From the NCBI RefSeq assembly GCF_018350175.1, contig NC_058368.1:111726001-111790000 (forward strand): a stretch of DNA of 64,000 bases. The letters run 5' to 3'. The notes beneath the pieces were generated by a model, which worked only from the letters and a program-made list of their open reading frames with translations, did not search any database and was not told the DNA's origin. This document shows positions 12,201 through 24,670 of the stretch, piece by piece (within the stretch, counting starts at the first letter, position 1; every line of letters starts with the position of its first letter). The translations under genes and the position numbers were made by a program. The DNA comes from Felis catus (lineage: Eukaryota).

Positions 12201-14435
12201 TGAGCGTGCTGGGAGGCTAGTCTGCTGCCTGCTGCCAGAAGAGGCCTCTGCCGGGGCAGGGTGCTTATTCCCCAGAACCCTTGGAGGTCAGCAGAGGTCT
12301 CTTCAGAGCCTGGGGCACCAGGCCACCATTCTCCAAGTGTGTGGTACGCATGTGTGGCTGCCTGCCCTGGGCGTGGCCCTGGAGAAATCCCCAGGTACAC
12401 AGCAGGTCGGTGCCAAGTTGCGCAAGAGCTGTGGCAGCCGTGGTGCTTTGTGCAGGACCGAGAGGGCATCATGGTCCTGGGAGAGGGATGACTCAGCAGT
12501 GCTGGGCCTCTGGGGCAGCTGCCAAAGGAGGCCAACCTGGTGGGGACACCCCGCCAGGGCGCAGGCAGTCTCTGGAGTCCTTTGGGGAGTGCCCTTGGCC
12601 TAGGTTGGTGACCTGCCATGCACACACTGAGTCCCCTCCATACCCGCTCCCAGCTCTGAGGAGTGCTGGACCATGCACAGCCCTCCCCAGGCTGAAGAGC
12701 TCCCCCAAAACTTTGGCACACTCAGCTGCTCTGGGCAGCGGACCTGGGTTTGCACACACTTGAAGTTGTGGGGACCTAGAGACAGACCATGCAAGGAGTT
12801 CAGTGGCTAGTCTCATCTGAGTGGGAGGTAGTGTCTGTGTAGGAGAGGGTCCCCAAAAGGTGTCCAGGGAGGCTGCTGTCTAATCACAGAAGGCCTTTAA
12901 TGACTGGCCTGCCCGGGGTCTAGTCTGTGAAAATAGGGAGCCATGGAAGGTTTCGGAGCAGGTAGGTGATAATGCCAGAGATGTGCTTCAGGAAGGTGGG
13001 GAGGGAACAGATGCAAAGCGTGTATGAACTTCTGCTAGGGTGGGGCAGGCCAGGCGAGGGTGAGGCCACACTGTGTCTGACCCAGGCATGGGAGAGGGCT
13101 GCTTCAGGCAGCGGCCACGGCGCTGGAGCCAGCTCAGTTCTTCTCGCTCAGCTGGTCGAGGTCTGAGGAGGAGCTGCTTTGGCCACTGTGGGAGGGGGGC
13201 TGGGCTCAGGTACACGGAATGACTTGAGAGCTCGCTGCCACCTGCTGACTGGCACCTTGGGCAAGCGACTTACAAGCCATTAAATTATTAAGCAAATTGA
13301 GACCCACCTCTGAGCCTCAGCACATCTGCTAATTGGGAATGATCCGTGCTTTCTAACATTGTTGTGAGCACTGATGGTAGGTAGTAGCCCAGCAGGGTGC
13401 CCTGGGGGAAGCTGCTAACAGAGAGGGGTGGCCAATCCATGTGCTGGTTGACGATCCCCCCCAAAGGTCCAGTTCAACATCCTGCCTCTCAAATGTTCTG
13501 TTGGCCCACGTGCTCCTTTCCAAGGCCCCTTCCTTCACAACCTCTTTGAGGTGCCTGTGGGTCGAGGTGGATGATATCAAAGCCCTACCCCTCCCTCACT
13601 GCGCCTTTGCCTCTCACTGTGGCTTTGGGTAGGACGAGGCAGGAACCAGCCTGCCCTCGAACCTACTGGGGTCACTGGAGGGTCACAGCTGACGATCCTC
13701 TGTCCTCACCCATGGGGCTGGGCCCTGAGTCGGCTCCCCCACCGGCGTTCAGCTGGTGGGGAAGATGCCCCATGGGGTGGGTGGCTTGACCAGGCTGCTT
13801 ACACTTGTCACTTCTGAATCCCCCTTCTTGTAATGGCTGTAATTGTCAAGCAGTTTCCTCAGAGACTTTTTAGTAAAGATATGCGAAAAGAATGTAGCTA
13901 CTAACTGGAATGGGTTTCTGGGAAGGCCCTGAGTTCTCTCTCATCAAAAATGGGGCTAGGTTGGTAGGGGACGTGGACAAGCCCCTCTTCCTCCAGGGAC
14001 CCCAACTTCCTTTCTGGGGCTATTGGAGCTGAAGATCAGGGCCTTCTTGTGGGCCTGCTGGGGGCCCTGGCAGCATGGAAGAGGACAGAAGGCTCCCTGA
14101 AGTCAGACGAGGGGGAGGTGGCTATGGAGCTACATCTTGGGGGCCCCTGGAAGGGGTGGTGTCTCCCTGGAGGGGGGGTGGTGCTGCCTCAGGTTGATGA
14201 ATGGTTCCCAGGCCTGTTCTTACCCACGGACACCATGCCCTGGGTTGCCCTGAGTGCTGCGTCCAGCTTGGTGGGACTGCCAGGCCTTTGTCTCCGTCAG
14301 TCCCTGGCTCCATCCTCACACCTGAGCCGTGAGCAGAGGTGACTGACACAGGGCGATGCTTTCTCGGCAAACAGGGCACTCCCTCCTTCTCTTGGGGACC
14401 TTCAGGGCAGGAGGCTACATTTGCCAGAGTGGAGG

Positions 14436-14539
<104 letters not shown>

Positions 14540-15303
14540 TTGAGGAGGGTAAGGGGCTGGCCCTTGGGTCACACAGACAGCAGCCTGAGATGTAGTCTTG
14601 TAGCTGGAATCTTGGAGAGATTCTGTGAGAACTGCCTCCTTCAGCATGAGGGACAGGCTGAGGAGAGATTTTCCTCCCTGCACGGCGTCTGTACTGAAGA
14701 CTGTCTTGAGCATCTGGAGAGACTGAGGGTGATGGAAGGCCTGAATGAAAAGGAGGCTTGTTTTGGCTTCAGTCTGATGCCCCAGGGAGTCTCAGCCTTA
14801 GGAGAAACCACTGAGTCCCATGGTTACGCTGGGGGCCTGTGTGCAGGCAGATTGGACAAGCTGACCCACTGGCCAGATGACCCTGCTGTGTGACCTCAGC
14901 AGTGGCTAGTCTTGGCACTGCCTCCACTGATGGGTGTCAGCTCAGGAGGGCATTGGGGCAGGGTGCCAGGGTCTGGCCCCATTGCAGAAAGCCTCCCCCT
15001 GCAGGCAACCACCCGTCTGGGCAGCCTGGGACTTAGAGTTCCTCCATAAAACAGAGTCACGGTGCTCTTGTCCATATTGGCAGGGGAGACGGAACCCAAA
15101 CTGGAGAGAGTGGGTATAATGTTCTCAAGTGTAAGTTGTTCTCTTGTAAATTTTTAAATAAACCTTTGGCACCCGTTATGTCTTCATCCCGGGAAAGCCC
15201 TTGCTGATGCCAAAATTACGGAACTGTTTCAAAACGTGTGAATCCACTGAACTGATTTGAAGTTCCACATGAACACTGCTGAGATTAGAACTTTAATAGT
15301 TCA

Positions 15304-15462
15304 GAGGTGCCTGGGTGGCTGAATCAGTTAAGCATCCAACTTTGGCTCCATGATCTCAGGGTTTCGGAGTTCAAGCCCTGCGTCAGGCTCTCTGCTGTCA
15401 GTGCAGAGCCTGGAGCCTGCTTCGGATCCTGTGTGTTTGTCTCTTTCTCTGCCCCTCCTCCG

Positions 15463-15507
<45 letters not shown>

Positions 15508-15542
15508 ATGTGCTCTCTCTCAAAAATAAATATTAAAAAAAA
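15304..15542 (+). mobile_element. Can-SINE with internal (TG)n
   Basis: GGTGCCTGGGTGGCT head, GAGCCTGGAGCCTGCTTCGGAT body, (TG)n at ~15467-15506, A-rich tail. Confidence 0.93.
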
Positions 15543-16039
15543 GGAATGAAGATGAGGGGGTTAAGAGTTTATTTAGGGCAGGTATTAGTATTGCCATAAG
15601 GCTCACGTGGCTTTAAGGGAAGGGGCTAGCTCTGCAGAATTGTCACACGATTCCTCATTGACATTGGTGCTGTAGGATTATGGCAGAGTTGTAGTTTTGT
15701 ATGCAGCTGGTTGTCCTTGCAAACAAGGCCTTGAAGTTATCAGTGCCACTTGGTTTGCCTCCCTCTGTCTGCAGACATTCAGTCTCTGTGTTGGTATTAA
15801 TTACATCAAAAGTCAGAAAAAGAGCTGGCCTGAGGTTACATCTTTCTCCTATTAAATCCATTCTGGGCAATTTGACTTTGGCACAGCACGTCATCCAATT
15901 TTGTTGGTAGTTTTGTTTGTATTTAATTTCCAAAATTTCTTGGGCTTTATAGGTATTCAGGAGTGATAAATAGGCGTGGAGGGCTCTAATGTTTGTTTCT
16001 ATACATGTATGCCTTCAGTGACCAGTCTATCATAGAAGT

Positions 16040-16450
16040 TCTGCTGTGTGACTCTGTTCCCGGCACATTCTAGGCACTACGGCACAGCAGTTAACATAAC
16101 GGTAAAATTCCTGTCCTCCTGGAGTTTGTAATCTAGAGAGGGTAATAGACCCCTCCCCCCCACCCCTCAAAAAAACCCCAAACAATAAAAACTCCACAAA
16201 ACCAAAAGGCAAAACCATCCACAAACAGTGAATAAATTTATGGTTTAACATTAGGTGAGGATGAGGAAAAAGTTAGCTGGGGAGTGGGATAGAGTCAATG
16301 AGGAGGGGCTCTTAGGTAGGATGAGGAGGACAGATCTCTCTGGAGAGGTGACATTGCTCAGAGACCTGAGTGAAGCCTGCTGATTGGGAGAAGAGAGTTC
16401 TAGGTTCGGGGGCAGTAAGTACAAAGACCCCTGAGATGGGGATGTGGTCA
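16040..16450 (-). mobile_element. L2 3' fragment
   Basis: CCCGGCACATTCTAGGCACT...TCCTGTCCTCCTGGAGTTTGTAATCTAG...GGAGAGGTGACATTGCTCAGAGACCTGA. Confidence 0.7.
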
Positions 16451-16754
16451 CTAGATGTTGTATAATATTATTTTAATTAGGATATGAATAAAAAATGTGA
16501 TACTGATCAACAGTGAGAATGGGTACTTGGGGTTTGGGGCATGCCGGCAAGCAATGGGGTAGCTTCTCAGCCTTCTGGGAGTATGGGAGCCCAGGAGGAC
16601 TCCAGACCCAGGCAGAGGAGTAGTTGGTGGGGTCACAAGGTTCCCTGAGGCTTGCTAGCTAAGAGGTGGCACAGCACATTGGACCAAAGGAGAGCAGAGT
16701 AGCTGATGGCACCCTGTCCCCAAATCCAGCCCCTGACAGCATGGCCATCCAGAG

Positions 16755-16935
16755 GAGTTGTTCTCTAGGCTTAGCTGCACCAGAATAACCTAGAGGGCTT
16801 GTTAAGACAGAGGCTGCCTGGCTCCATGCCAGATTTCTGATTGAGGAAGTCTGGGGTGGGACCTGCCAATACCTTTCATCCTATTTCCCAGGTGCTGACA
16901 TTGTGGCTGGTCCAGGGACCACACCTTGAGAACCT
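16755..16935. mobile_element. MER5A-like hAT-Charlie DNA transposon fossil
   Basis: GCACCAGAATAACCTAGAGGGCTTGTTAAGACA...TTTCTGATT...GTCTGGGGTGGG...GCTGGTCCAGGGACCACACCTTGAGAAC. Confidence 0.8.
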
Positions 16936-18649
16936 TTCCTGCTGGCATCTATCCAGAGTGACTGTGGAAAGACAATAAGGCTCGAAGCCTCGAGAAAAGA
17001 ACTGGTCCCGGTCCCTCAGGATGGTTGTCTGGCCCACTGGGTCTCCTGGAGAGTATCATTCATGATCCTGGTGCCCCCAGGACCCTGTCCAGGTTGGCAC
17101 CGTCCCTTGCTGAATGTGGGTGTGTGTGTGTGTGACAGACATGGCTCATGCCTCTGTGAATCCATGCTGGTTGCTGTGGTCGCCATAGTTGGAAGCTTCT
17201 TGGGTTAGAGCCTACAGCTCAGATGGGTGAGGGGGGACACACCTCTGGCCCAAGGCCCTGAGCAGGAGGCCCTCAGGAAATAGGGGGGGCTGACACTGAG
17301 AAGCAGCAGCACTGTCATTCTCACTTAGTGGTTCTCATTCCTGCCCTGCGAACCTCAGGTCCAGCGCTCTGCTGCCCTCTCCACCCTTCCCCACATGGGT
17401 ATGTATAAGGGCTTTCTCCTTTGGTTTGTTTTTCCAGAAAGGTGAACTGGTGTTGTTGAGGACGGACCCCTGGCACCCGGCTTGGTTTTCCTGAGTGAGG
17501 CCTTCTGTTGTCACAGGTACAGCTCTGGTTGTCGGTTGGAGTGTCAAGGGAGAAAGAAGAAGGGAGGCAGCCGGCTATGCTTGGTGGCCTGGAGGCCTGG
17601 AGGGAGTTGATGGAAAACATCTGAGCCAATGGCTCCGTGCACTCAGAAAATAAATCCTGGCTTCCGAAGAAGCTGCAGAAAATTGATTTTTCGCAGCTTC
17701 AGTGGTCATCCTGAAGGATTTGGTGGGGCGGAAACTGGGCCCATTTCTCATCCCTGTGCTCTGTGCTGTCGGGTCAGGTGCTGAACGGGCTTCTGTTAGA
17801 GGCAGAGAGGCCTGGGCCAGCCCCCAGCTCCTGTCATGTACCTCCCACTGCCCTGTGCAAATGGGGAGGGGTGGAGGGCCCATCTCCCTCAGCTTGCCCT
17901 CACACCCAGCTGCATCTCGCCCGTGGCTTGCCTCTTACGCCTGCTACCATGGACGTGAAAGGTGCGTGTGTTCATGCAGCTGAGCTGGGATTAAGGCATT
18001 TGTACACGGGTGCAGCTGTGGGTCTTTGGTGTCTGGGGCACTGTGGGGCAGTGGCGAGTGGATGCCTTGGGGAGCTCAGCCTGTCTGTGTCTGTTTAGTC
18101 CCTCGCTGAGCACTGCCGTTGGCTGCTAAGATCTCAATTGGCCACGAGCGCCACGCGGGCTGCCCCAGGGACGGGCCTTGTCTGGGGAGAAGGATTAGCT
18201 TTTGGTACATTTTCCCTTCATGTGTGGAGCATGCACTTAGCCCAGGCCCAAGGGAGCTGAAGGTTCCCACAGCCAGGGAGGGAGCCGCAACTACAGACTG
18301 ATGGTTCCTGGAGCTCCTGTTGGCTTTGGATGATTTTATGGAAAACTTGGCTAGGGTGTTGTGAGGCATAGCTATGACCTCTTGGCCCAGCAGCCAGCAC
18401 AAGGAATGGCTTAGCCTTCCTGAGACGTGTGGTGTGGGCTACGACGTCCCTCCCCCGGCCAAGAGTCCAGGGGACAGAGGACTTGGCTCTGCCCCAACTC
18501 TACCCCAAGCCCTGAGACACCCTGGACACCTCCCTGCCTGTCTCTGGCCCCCAGCCTGCTCCTTGGCTATCAGGAGGGAATAACCCATTCCTTGCTGGGG
18601 TGGTGAGAATATCCACTGAGATGGGACTGGATCTAAAGTGCTCACCCTA

Positions 18650-18864
18650 GGGGCGCCTGGGTGGCTCAGTCAGTTGAGCATCCAATGTCAGCTAAGGTCA
18701 TGATCTCATGCTTCTGAGTTCAAGCCCCACCTCGGGCTCTGTGCTGACAGCTCAGAGTCTGGAGCCTGCTTCTGATTCTGTGTCTCCCTCCCTCTCTCTC
18801 TGCCCCTTCCCCGCTCATGCTCTGTCTCTCTCTCCCTTAAGAAAAAAAAAAAAAAAAAAAAAAA
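18650..18864 (+). mobile_element. Can-SINE
   Basis: GGGGCGCCTGGGTGGCTCAGTCAGTTGAGC head, typical body, poly(A) tail. Confidence 0.95.
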
Positions 18865-19349
18865 GAAGACCCTTTGTCTGCCCGTGGAGGTGGGAAATCA
18901 GATACAGCAGGAGTCCAGGCCTCTGTTGAGGTCTTCAGTTGCCGTTGGTCAGGTTAGGAATCTGGAAACGGACCATCTTTCCTGGTGGTCTTCAGTGGCG
19001 TGGCCTATCAGTGCCTTTCCCCCTGAGCAGCGGTGCCTTATATCTCTTGCACGTTTCCATCTTTCTGGACTCATTGGAAGGAGCTATAAGTGAACACACT
19101 GCCAAAAAATATCAAGTTCCTCAGGGAGTGGTGATGCTCAAACCCCTGAAAAGTGGCAAGCATTTCGGTATTTCTTGTTCCTTGTTTGTAGCGGCAGCAT
19201 CAGTTACCTACACCTCATGGCCCTGGTGTGTGAGCTTGGGGTTGCGGTGGGGTCATGAGCGGGAGGAGGAGGGAAGGAAAGGGGAGCACTGGACAGTTGA
19301 TCAAGGTGGAAAGTAAAGATACTTCCTTTAGGTGGAAAGTGAAATGGGA

Positions 19350-19567
19350 GGGGCGTCTGGGTGGCTCAGTCGGTTAAGTGTCCGACTTCGGTTCAGGTCA
19401 TGATCTTGCGGTTTGTGGGTTCGAGCCCCACGTCGGGCTCTGTGCTGACAGCTCAGAGCCTGGAGCCTGCTTTGGATTCTATGTCTGCCTCCCTGTCTAC
19501 CCCTCCCCCACTCATAGTCTTTCTCTCTCTCAAAAATTAAACATTAAAAAATTAAAAAAAAAAAAAA
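19350..19567 (+). mobile_element. Can-SINE
   Basis: Near-consensus body; TSD GAAAGTGAAATGGGA (19335-19349) / GAAATTGAAATGGGA (19568-19582). Confidence 0.97.
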
Positions 19568-19728
19568 GAAATTGAAATGGGAACCCAGATAGAAATAATA
19601 ATAATGTCCTATGACACTGTGATAGATATCAGTATTTTCCCCCAACTTGGACCTGCTCAGGGCTTATATGCCCTGGCATTTCATAGATATAAAATATTGA
19701 TATCATAATGTTGTTAATAATAATTCTT

Positions 19729-19910
19729 GGGGTGCCTGGGTGGCTCAGTTGGTTAAGCGTCTGACTGGCTCAGGTCATGATCTCACAGTTTCATGAGTTT
19801 GAGCCTATGTCGGGCTCTGTGCTGACAGCACGGAGCCTGCTTTGGATCCTCTGTCTCCCTCTCTCTGCCCCTCCCTCCCCCCAAAATAAATAAATAGATG
19901 TTAAAAAAAT
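19729..19910 (+). mobile_element. Can-SINE
   Basis: GGGGTGCCTGGGTGGCTCAGTTGGTTAAGCG head; TSD AATAATAATTCTT / AATCATAATTCTT. Confidence 0.95.
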
Positions 19911-19927
19911 AATCATAATTCTTAAAG

Positions 19928-20125
19928 AGTAGCTCATTTTTTATCAGACCTGTATTTACAGATACCGCAAAGTGCTAAGCACTTTATTATCTCACATAAT
20001 AATCTCAAGAACCCTGTGGGTGATTATTCTTTCCATGTCAAAGTGGGGGGAAAAGAGGCTCACTGAGGCAGATGATGGGAGCCAGCAGCTTGGGGCCGGA
20101 ACTCGGACAGAACCTGGGTTCGCCC
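19928..20125 (-). mobile_element. MIR SINE
   Basis: GTGCTAAGCACTTTA...AATCTCAAGAACCCTGTGGG...GGAACTCGGACAGAACCTGGGT, antisense MIR. Confidence 0.55.
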
Positions 20126-20227
20126 TAAGGATACCACTTCTTGGGTGCTTGATTTTGCCTGGAAGGGGCAGATCAGCGGGAGTGTGCATGCTTGCCTTGT
20201 AACGATGACGAGGATGATGATCCAGGC

Positions 20228-20430
20228 CATGGTTAAGGACCAAGCTCTGGAGCTGGACTGCCTGAGTCTGAATGCCCATAATACCGGCTACCAGCTGGTT
20301 GGGAGTGGGGGCTGGTGGGGAGGGGGGGGCAAGATCCCGTGCCTCATCTGTGCCTACCTCAAGAGTTATCAAGAATTTCAAACTGTTGATACCTGTGAGG
20401 GTCCTACATAGACAGGTGCTATTAGTATAT
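20228..20430 (+). mobile_element. MIR SINE
   Basis: GGTTAAGGACCAAGCTCTGGAGCTGGACTGCCTGAGTCTGAAT head; ACATAGACAGGTGCT tail. Confidence 0.55.
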
Positions 20431-22007
20431 GCTGATCGTTGCTTTTACACATTCTCACACGTCTGCACTTGGGAGGTGTTTCCTGGGTTTTAGAACCTTG
20501 AGATTGGCAGGTAATGGATGCCTGATAAATATTCACTGCATGAAGGAATGGAATTTATCAAGTGGCTTGGAGGTCTCACAGTAACCTTCTCTTAAAAGGA
20601 TCCTCCCCATAGCCTCCCCTTGCCTGAGACCGACCCACAAGTGGGGCTGAGCGTGGCTCTCATCCACATTGGCCAGCACGAGTAGGATGGCTTGGTTGGC
20701 TTGGCGGGATGGTCATGGCCATGGCCCTCGTGGACCCCAGTGCCCGCGGGAGGCGCGGGCCTCTTGAGGAGGCAAGTGAAGGCAGATGGCAGCTCTCTGG
20801 CCTGCAAGGTTGGGGATCAGGGAGGCTGGCTGTTCTCTGACGAGAGGGGGCTGCTGCATGTGGATGTGTGAGCTCTGGAGCTGGAGCCGTTCCCCGAACC
20901 TCTTGAGGGTGCTGGCGGAAAGCTGGGCCATCCAGAGCAGGAGGCTGCCCAACCTGTCAAGGTTAACAGATAGGCTTTGGCCCTCCCCTAGGAAGCCATT
21001 CAACTTCTCCCCTGACTCAGGCCACATTGTTTCAAAGCATGTGGTATAAACTACTAACCACCGGGGAATTGCTTGAATTAACAAACTCGTTTTTCCCGAG
21101 ACCTGAGGTTGAACTTGAGTGAGGAGTTCAGGGCTCTTTCCAGAAATCCAATAGATCAGGAGAACTCATGTTACACCATGTTTTCAACCTTGATCAAATG
21201 CACATTTTGCGTGGTGGGGCCTTCTCCACGCCTGCACACTTCCAGCTGCACCCGATTGCTCACAACCGTGGCGGACCAGAGTAGTAGCTGGCACCCGGGC
21301 CCGGCTTTGAGGGAGCCAGCCTCTCGCCTGAGTTGCAAGGCGTTTCAGAAGGTTTCCTTTCTTCTCCTCTCCCCGAAACTCCTGCCTCTCCCACACCTAA
21401 CCGTCTGAGTACTATTACTAAGAGGAGGTATAAAGGTTTTGCCAAAATGATCCCGGGCCCTGGGCTGAGTCATGGGCCCCAGCTCCATTCTCTCCTACGT
21501 CTTGTTGCTGCCTGTGAAGATGGGCTGGGCCTGCCTCCCTCCATCAGAATGCCTGGCCCAGGGGTCACCGCAGATCCAAAAGGTCAAGAGGAGTTGATTT
21601 CTTTCCTGCTACAAGCCCCACCCACATAGCCACATCTGAGCCTGAGCCTCTAGTGGGAGCTCAGGGGAAGTCCAGAGATGGCTCTGCATTTTGGAGGAGA
21701 CAGCCCTATCCAGTAGGCCGTGGGCTGTGCAGGGACAAGCATTTCCTGTGTGGTGTAGGCTGAAAACCACAGGGAACCTTGGGTATCAGGGTGTGGGAAA
21801 GGTGGGGCTCAGGGAAGAGTTCCTACAAGAAGGATGGGCTTCTTGGAGGAGGTGGGGTTGCATTCGTAAGCCCGAGAGAGGAGAACAGGTTTTGCTAGAC
21901 TGATGTGGAACTTCCCAAAAAGCAACACTGCTCCTCAAACCCTGTCTCCTGCCATCTGAATTCTGGGGTTTCAGTTTTCTTGAGGGAAGGGGTATGTGAC
22001 CCAACCT

Positions 22008-22180
22008 AGTGGTTTCTAAACCTGGCCCAACATCCTGACACCTGAAAGCTTTGTAACACTGTTGGTATACAACCTCACCCCAGACATACCCAGTCAGTAG
22101 CCTTGGGAGGCTCTACATATCTGCACTGCCACAGCACCCCGGGGGAGTCACAGTGCTGGGCCCCATTCCAGAGACCTAAA
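22008..22180. mobile_element. MER5-like DNA transposon fossil
   Basis: AGTGGTTTCTAAACCTGGC...CACCTGAAAGCTTTGTAA...CCTCACCCCAGAC resembles a decayed MER5A/B. Confidence 0.5.
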
Positions 22181-22700
22181 CTATGGTCCACCCACTTCAT
22201 TCCCTGCTGGTGGCTGCTAGGGGTTCAAGGACATCTGTGGAGACACCTTTGATGGAATCTCCATGAGTTTCATTGTATTTGTGGCCTGGAAGCAAGCTCC
22301 CAACTCAGCTCAGGCAATTGGAGGCAAGTTCTGGATTACATGACTCTGGGCCCCAGGGGTAGGAGATTGTGGTTCAACTACTCCCCTCTGTTGGCCTCTC
22401 TATACCTGGGCTTTCACCCTCCCCTCTGCCCCTTCACCCCGGCTTCTGTCTTCTCAACCTGGGGCAACTTCCTCAACTTCAAACTTCTCAGTTTTAGGAA
22501 ATGTTTACATTTTTCAGCAGACTCTGCTGCTGCACCTGTAGATATCTTAGAACTTGCTCGCTTCTGAGTTCCAAGGCAAGGAATCAGATTGACCCAACTC
22601 ATAGGTCAGTGGTAGCACTATGGAGTGTTACCTCACGGGCAGACAGTACAAAAGATGGCTGTCCTCAGGCCAGGGGTGGGGCAGGCAGGTCACGGCCCTG

Positions 22701-22725
22701 CCCAGCCCAGCCCAGCCCAGCCCAG
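22701..22725. repeat. (CCCAG)5 pentanucleotide repeat
   Basis: Five perfect copies read directly. Confidence 0.9.
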
Positions 22726-24474
22726 CGAGTCTCTGTGTGTTGAGGTAGAATCTTCTGGGAAACAGCACCTTGGCAGAAGCGTCTCCCCCAGGGAGATGTA
22801 GAGCAAATGGCCTTGCTTTGTTTCATCAGAGGAACTCAGAGTGGTCCTCAGAATCTTTGTCCTCCCTAGTTACTCTCCTGGCGGCTGCTGGTACTATAGG
22901 CATGTTCCTGGGAGGTTGTCACCCAGAAGAGGGTACGTCAGCTGACTGCACAGGGGCTACGTTGTGTGTGTTTGCGCTTCCTTCTGCTGCCTGGCACCTG
23001 GCTTGGAAGAGCACTTAGATTTGAGTCCAGGAATATTTTTTGCCTCTCCCCTCATTCTTCCAAAAGAGCTCCCCAGGGCTCGGGGAGCCCTGAGCACTTC
23101 CTGGAGGGCATGCCCATAGGGATAAAGAAACTCCTTCAGTTTTGTGCTCCTTTGGCGGCCATCATAGCTCCAGGCGGCTTAGGTCCATGACCAGAGTGTG
23201 TTCCTGCTGGGCTTCCTGTCTAGGTCAGGGCCACATATCCTGGCTTTTGGGAGTTTTCCAAAAGGATCAGAGCCAGTGATGAACGTTGATGAACGTTGCC
23301 ACAGCCTCTCCTGAGCATGACGTATTAGTTATCTGCCAGAAAGGTTCTGACAGAGTCACGCCAATGCCCTTGGTGGGACTCCCGGAAACAGTGAGGGTGC
23401 AGGTGCTAACTCTGGACACTGTCACCTTCCTGCAGCCCGTGTTCCATGTGGACGCATGTGTACTATTTATGAAGCTAATAGGCTTCCTGATGGAGGGTGA
23501 TGTTTACATGCTATAAAAAGTCCATTAACTAAATTTAAGTTTCTCTAGAGATCATGGGGCTTAATCTGTATTCTGCAGGTGACATGGAAGGAACCAGAAA
23601 TCCCAATGACCTCTTCTGTTAGTCTTTGACTGAGATCGGAGATGTGAGCCTCACTGAATGAGTAGGTAGATGAATGAATGCATGAGGCGTGTGAGAGCAT
23701 AAGAGAATGATATGGTCGGGCCAAGCGTTTGTCTTCTAAGGCTTATGAGCAACAGTTAGGCTATTTTTAGCTGAGTCTTCAGTAAACAGCCTTTTATTTT
23801 GACTGCCAAGTGGCACAGTAAAAATTCTCTATGGTAACAAGACAGCTTTGTTATTTTTGAAGATCAAAGTGTTTTCAAATGCCATTCCCTATTTTTAAAT
23901 GAACTATTGAGACAGCATTTTTGTTTTCTTTTTGGCTAAAGACTTTGACCAGGTTGAGAATCAGTAGGTGTTGAACTTTACCTGGTGTTACATTCTAAGC
24001 CTGAGATGAGATGAGGATTGTCTCGGAATTCAGGCAGGGCCCTTTGGCCCGTCTGCAAATGGGCCATCTCTGCTGGGTCCCTCTCCTACCATGCAAAGGT
24101 CACCCAAGTCCCTGAGTTGGAGACAGGTACCATGTTTGTTGAAATAGGGTCTCTGCTGCTCTTCCTGGGCCACAGCAAACCTTGGGCGACTCAAAGACCC
24201 CCTGATCCAAAAGGTTTCCCTGATCACCTCACACTCCCACATCTCATGGAGAGCTTCCATCCTATCCCTCTTGGGGCTCACACTTGGGAATAATCCAACT
24301 GTGAGTTCCCAGAAGCCAGGGCCAGACCTCCTTTTCTGGGGGCCTTTTTTCAACCCGTTGCTGGACAGGTAGAAAATAGTCACTGATACAGTATCAAACA
24401 GCACAACGTGAGGTGGTGGGAAGGCATAGAATGACACCTTAGATCCTGGGAGGCAGGTGCCATGGGAAAAACAG

Positions 24475-24670
24475 AAACTTGAGAACCAGGGGATCCTGAG
24501 CTTGAATCCTGGCTCTTGCACTCACTGAGTATATGACCTTGGTTAAGGGACATGACTCTCCTGTGCCCCATTTTGCTTACCTGTAAAATGGGGATGTTGA
24601 CATCCGTACCTCATGAGTTGTTTTGAAGGCTTTGTGAAAATAATGATCATTAAATTCCTGTGCTCAGTGT
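24475..24670 (+). mobile_element. MIR SINE
   Basis: TTGAATCCTGGCTCT...TGACCTTGG...ACCTGTAAAATGGGGAT...TACCTCATGAGTTGTT. Confidence 0.75.

Noticed and set aside
12097..12816. Cluster of 160-202-aa ORFs on both strands
   Set aside because: GC-rich stop-codon depletion; low-information peptides with no splice or domain support
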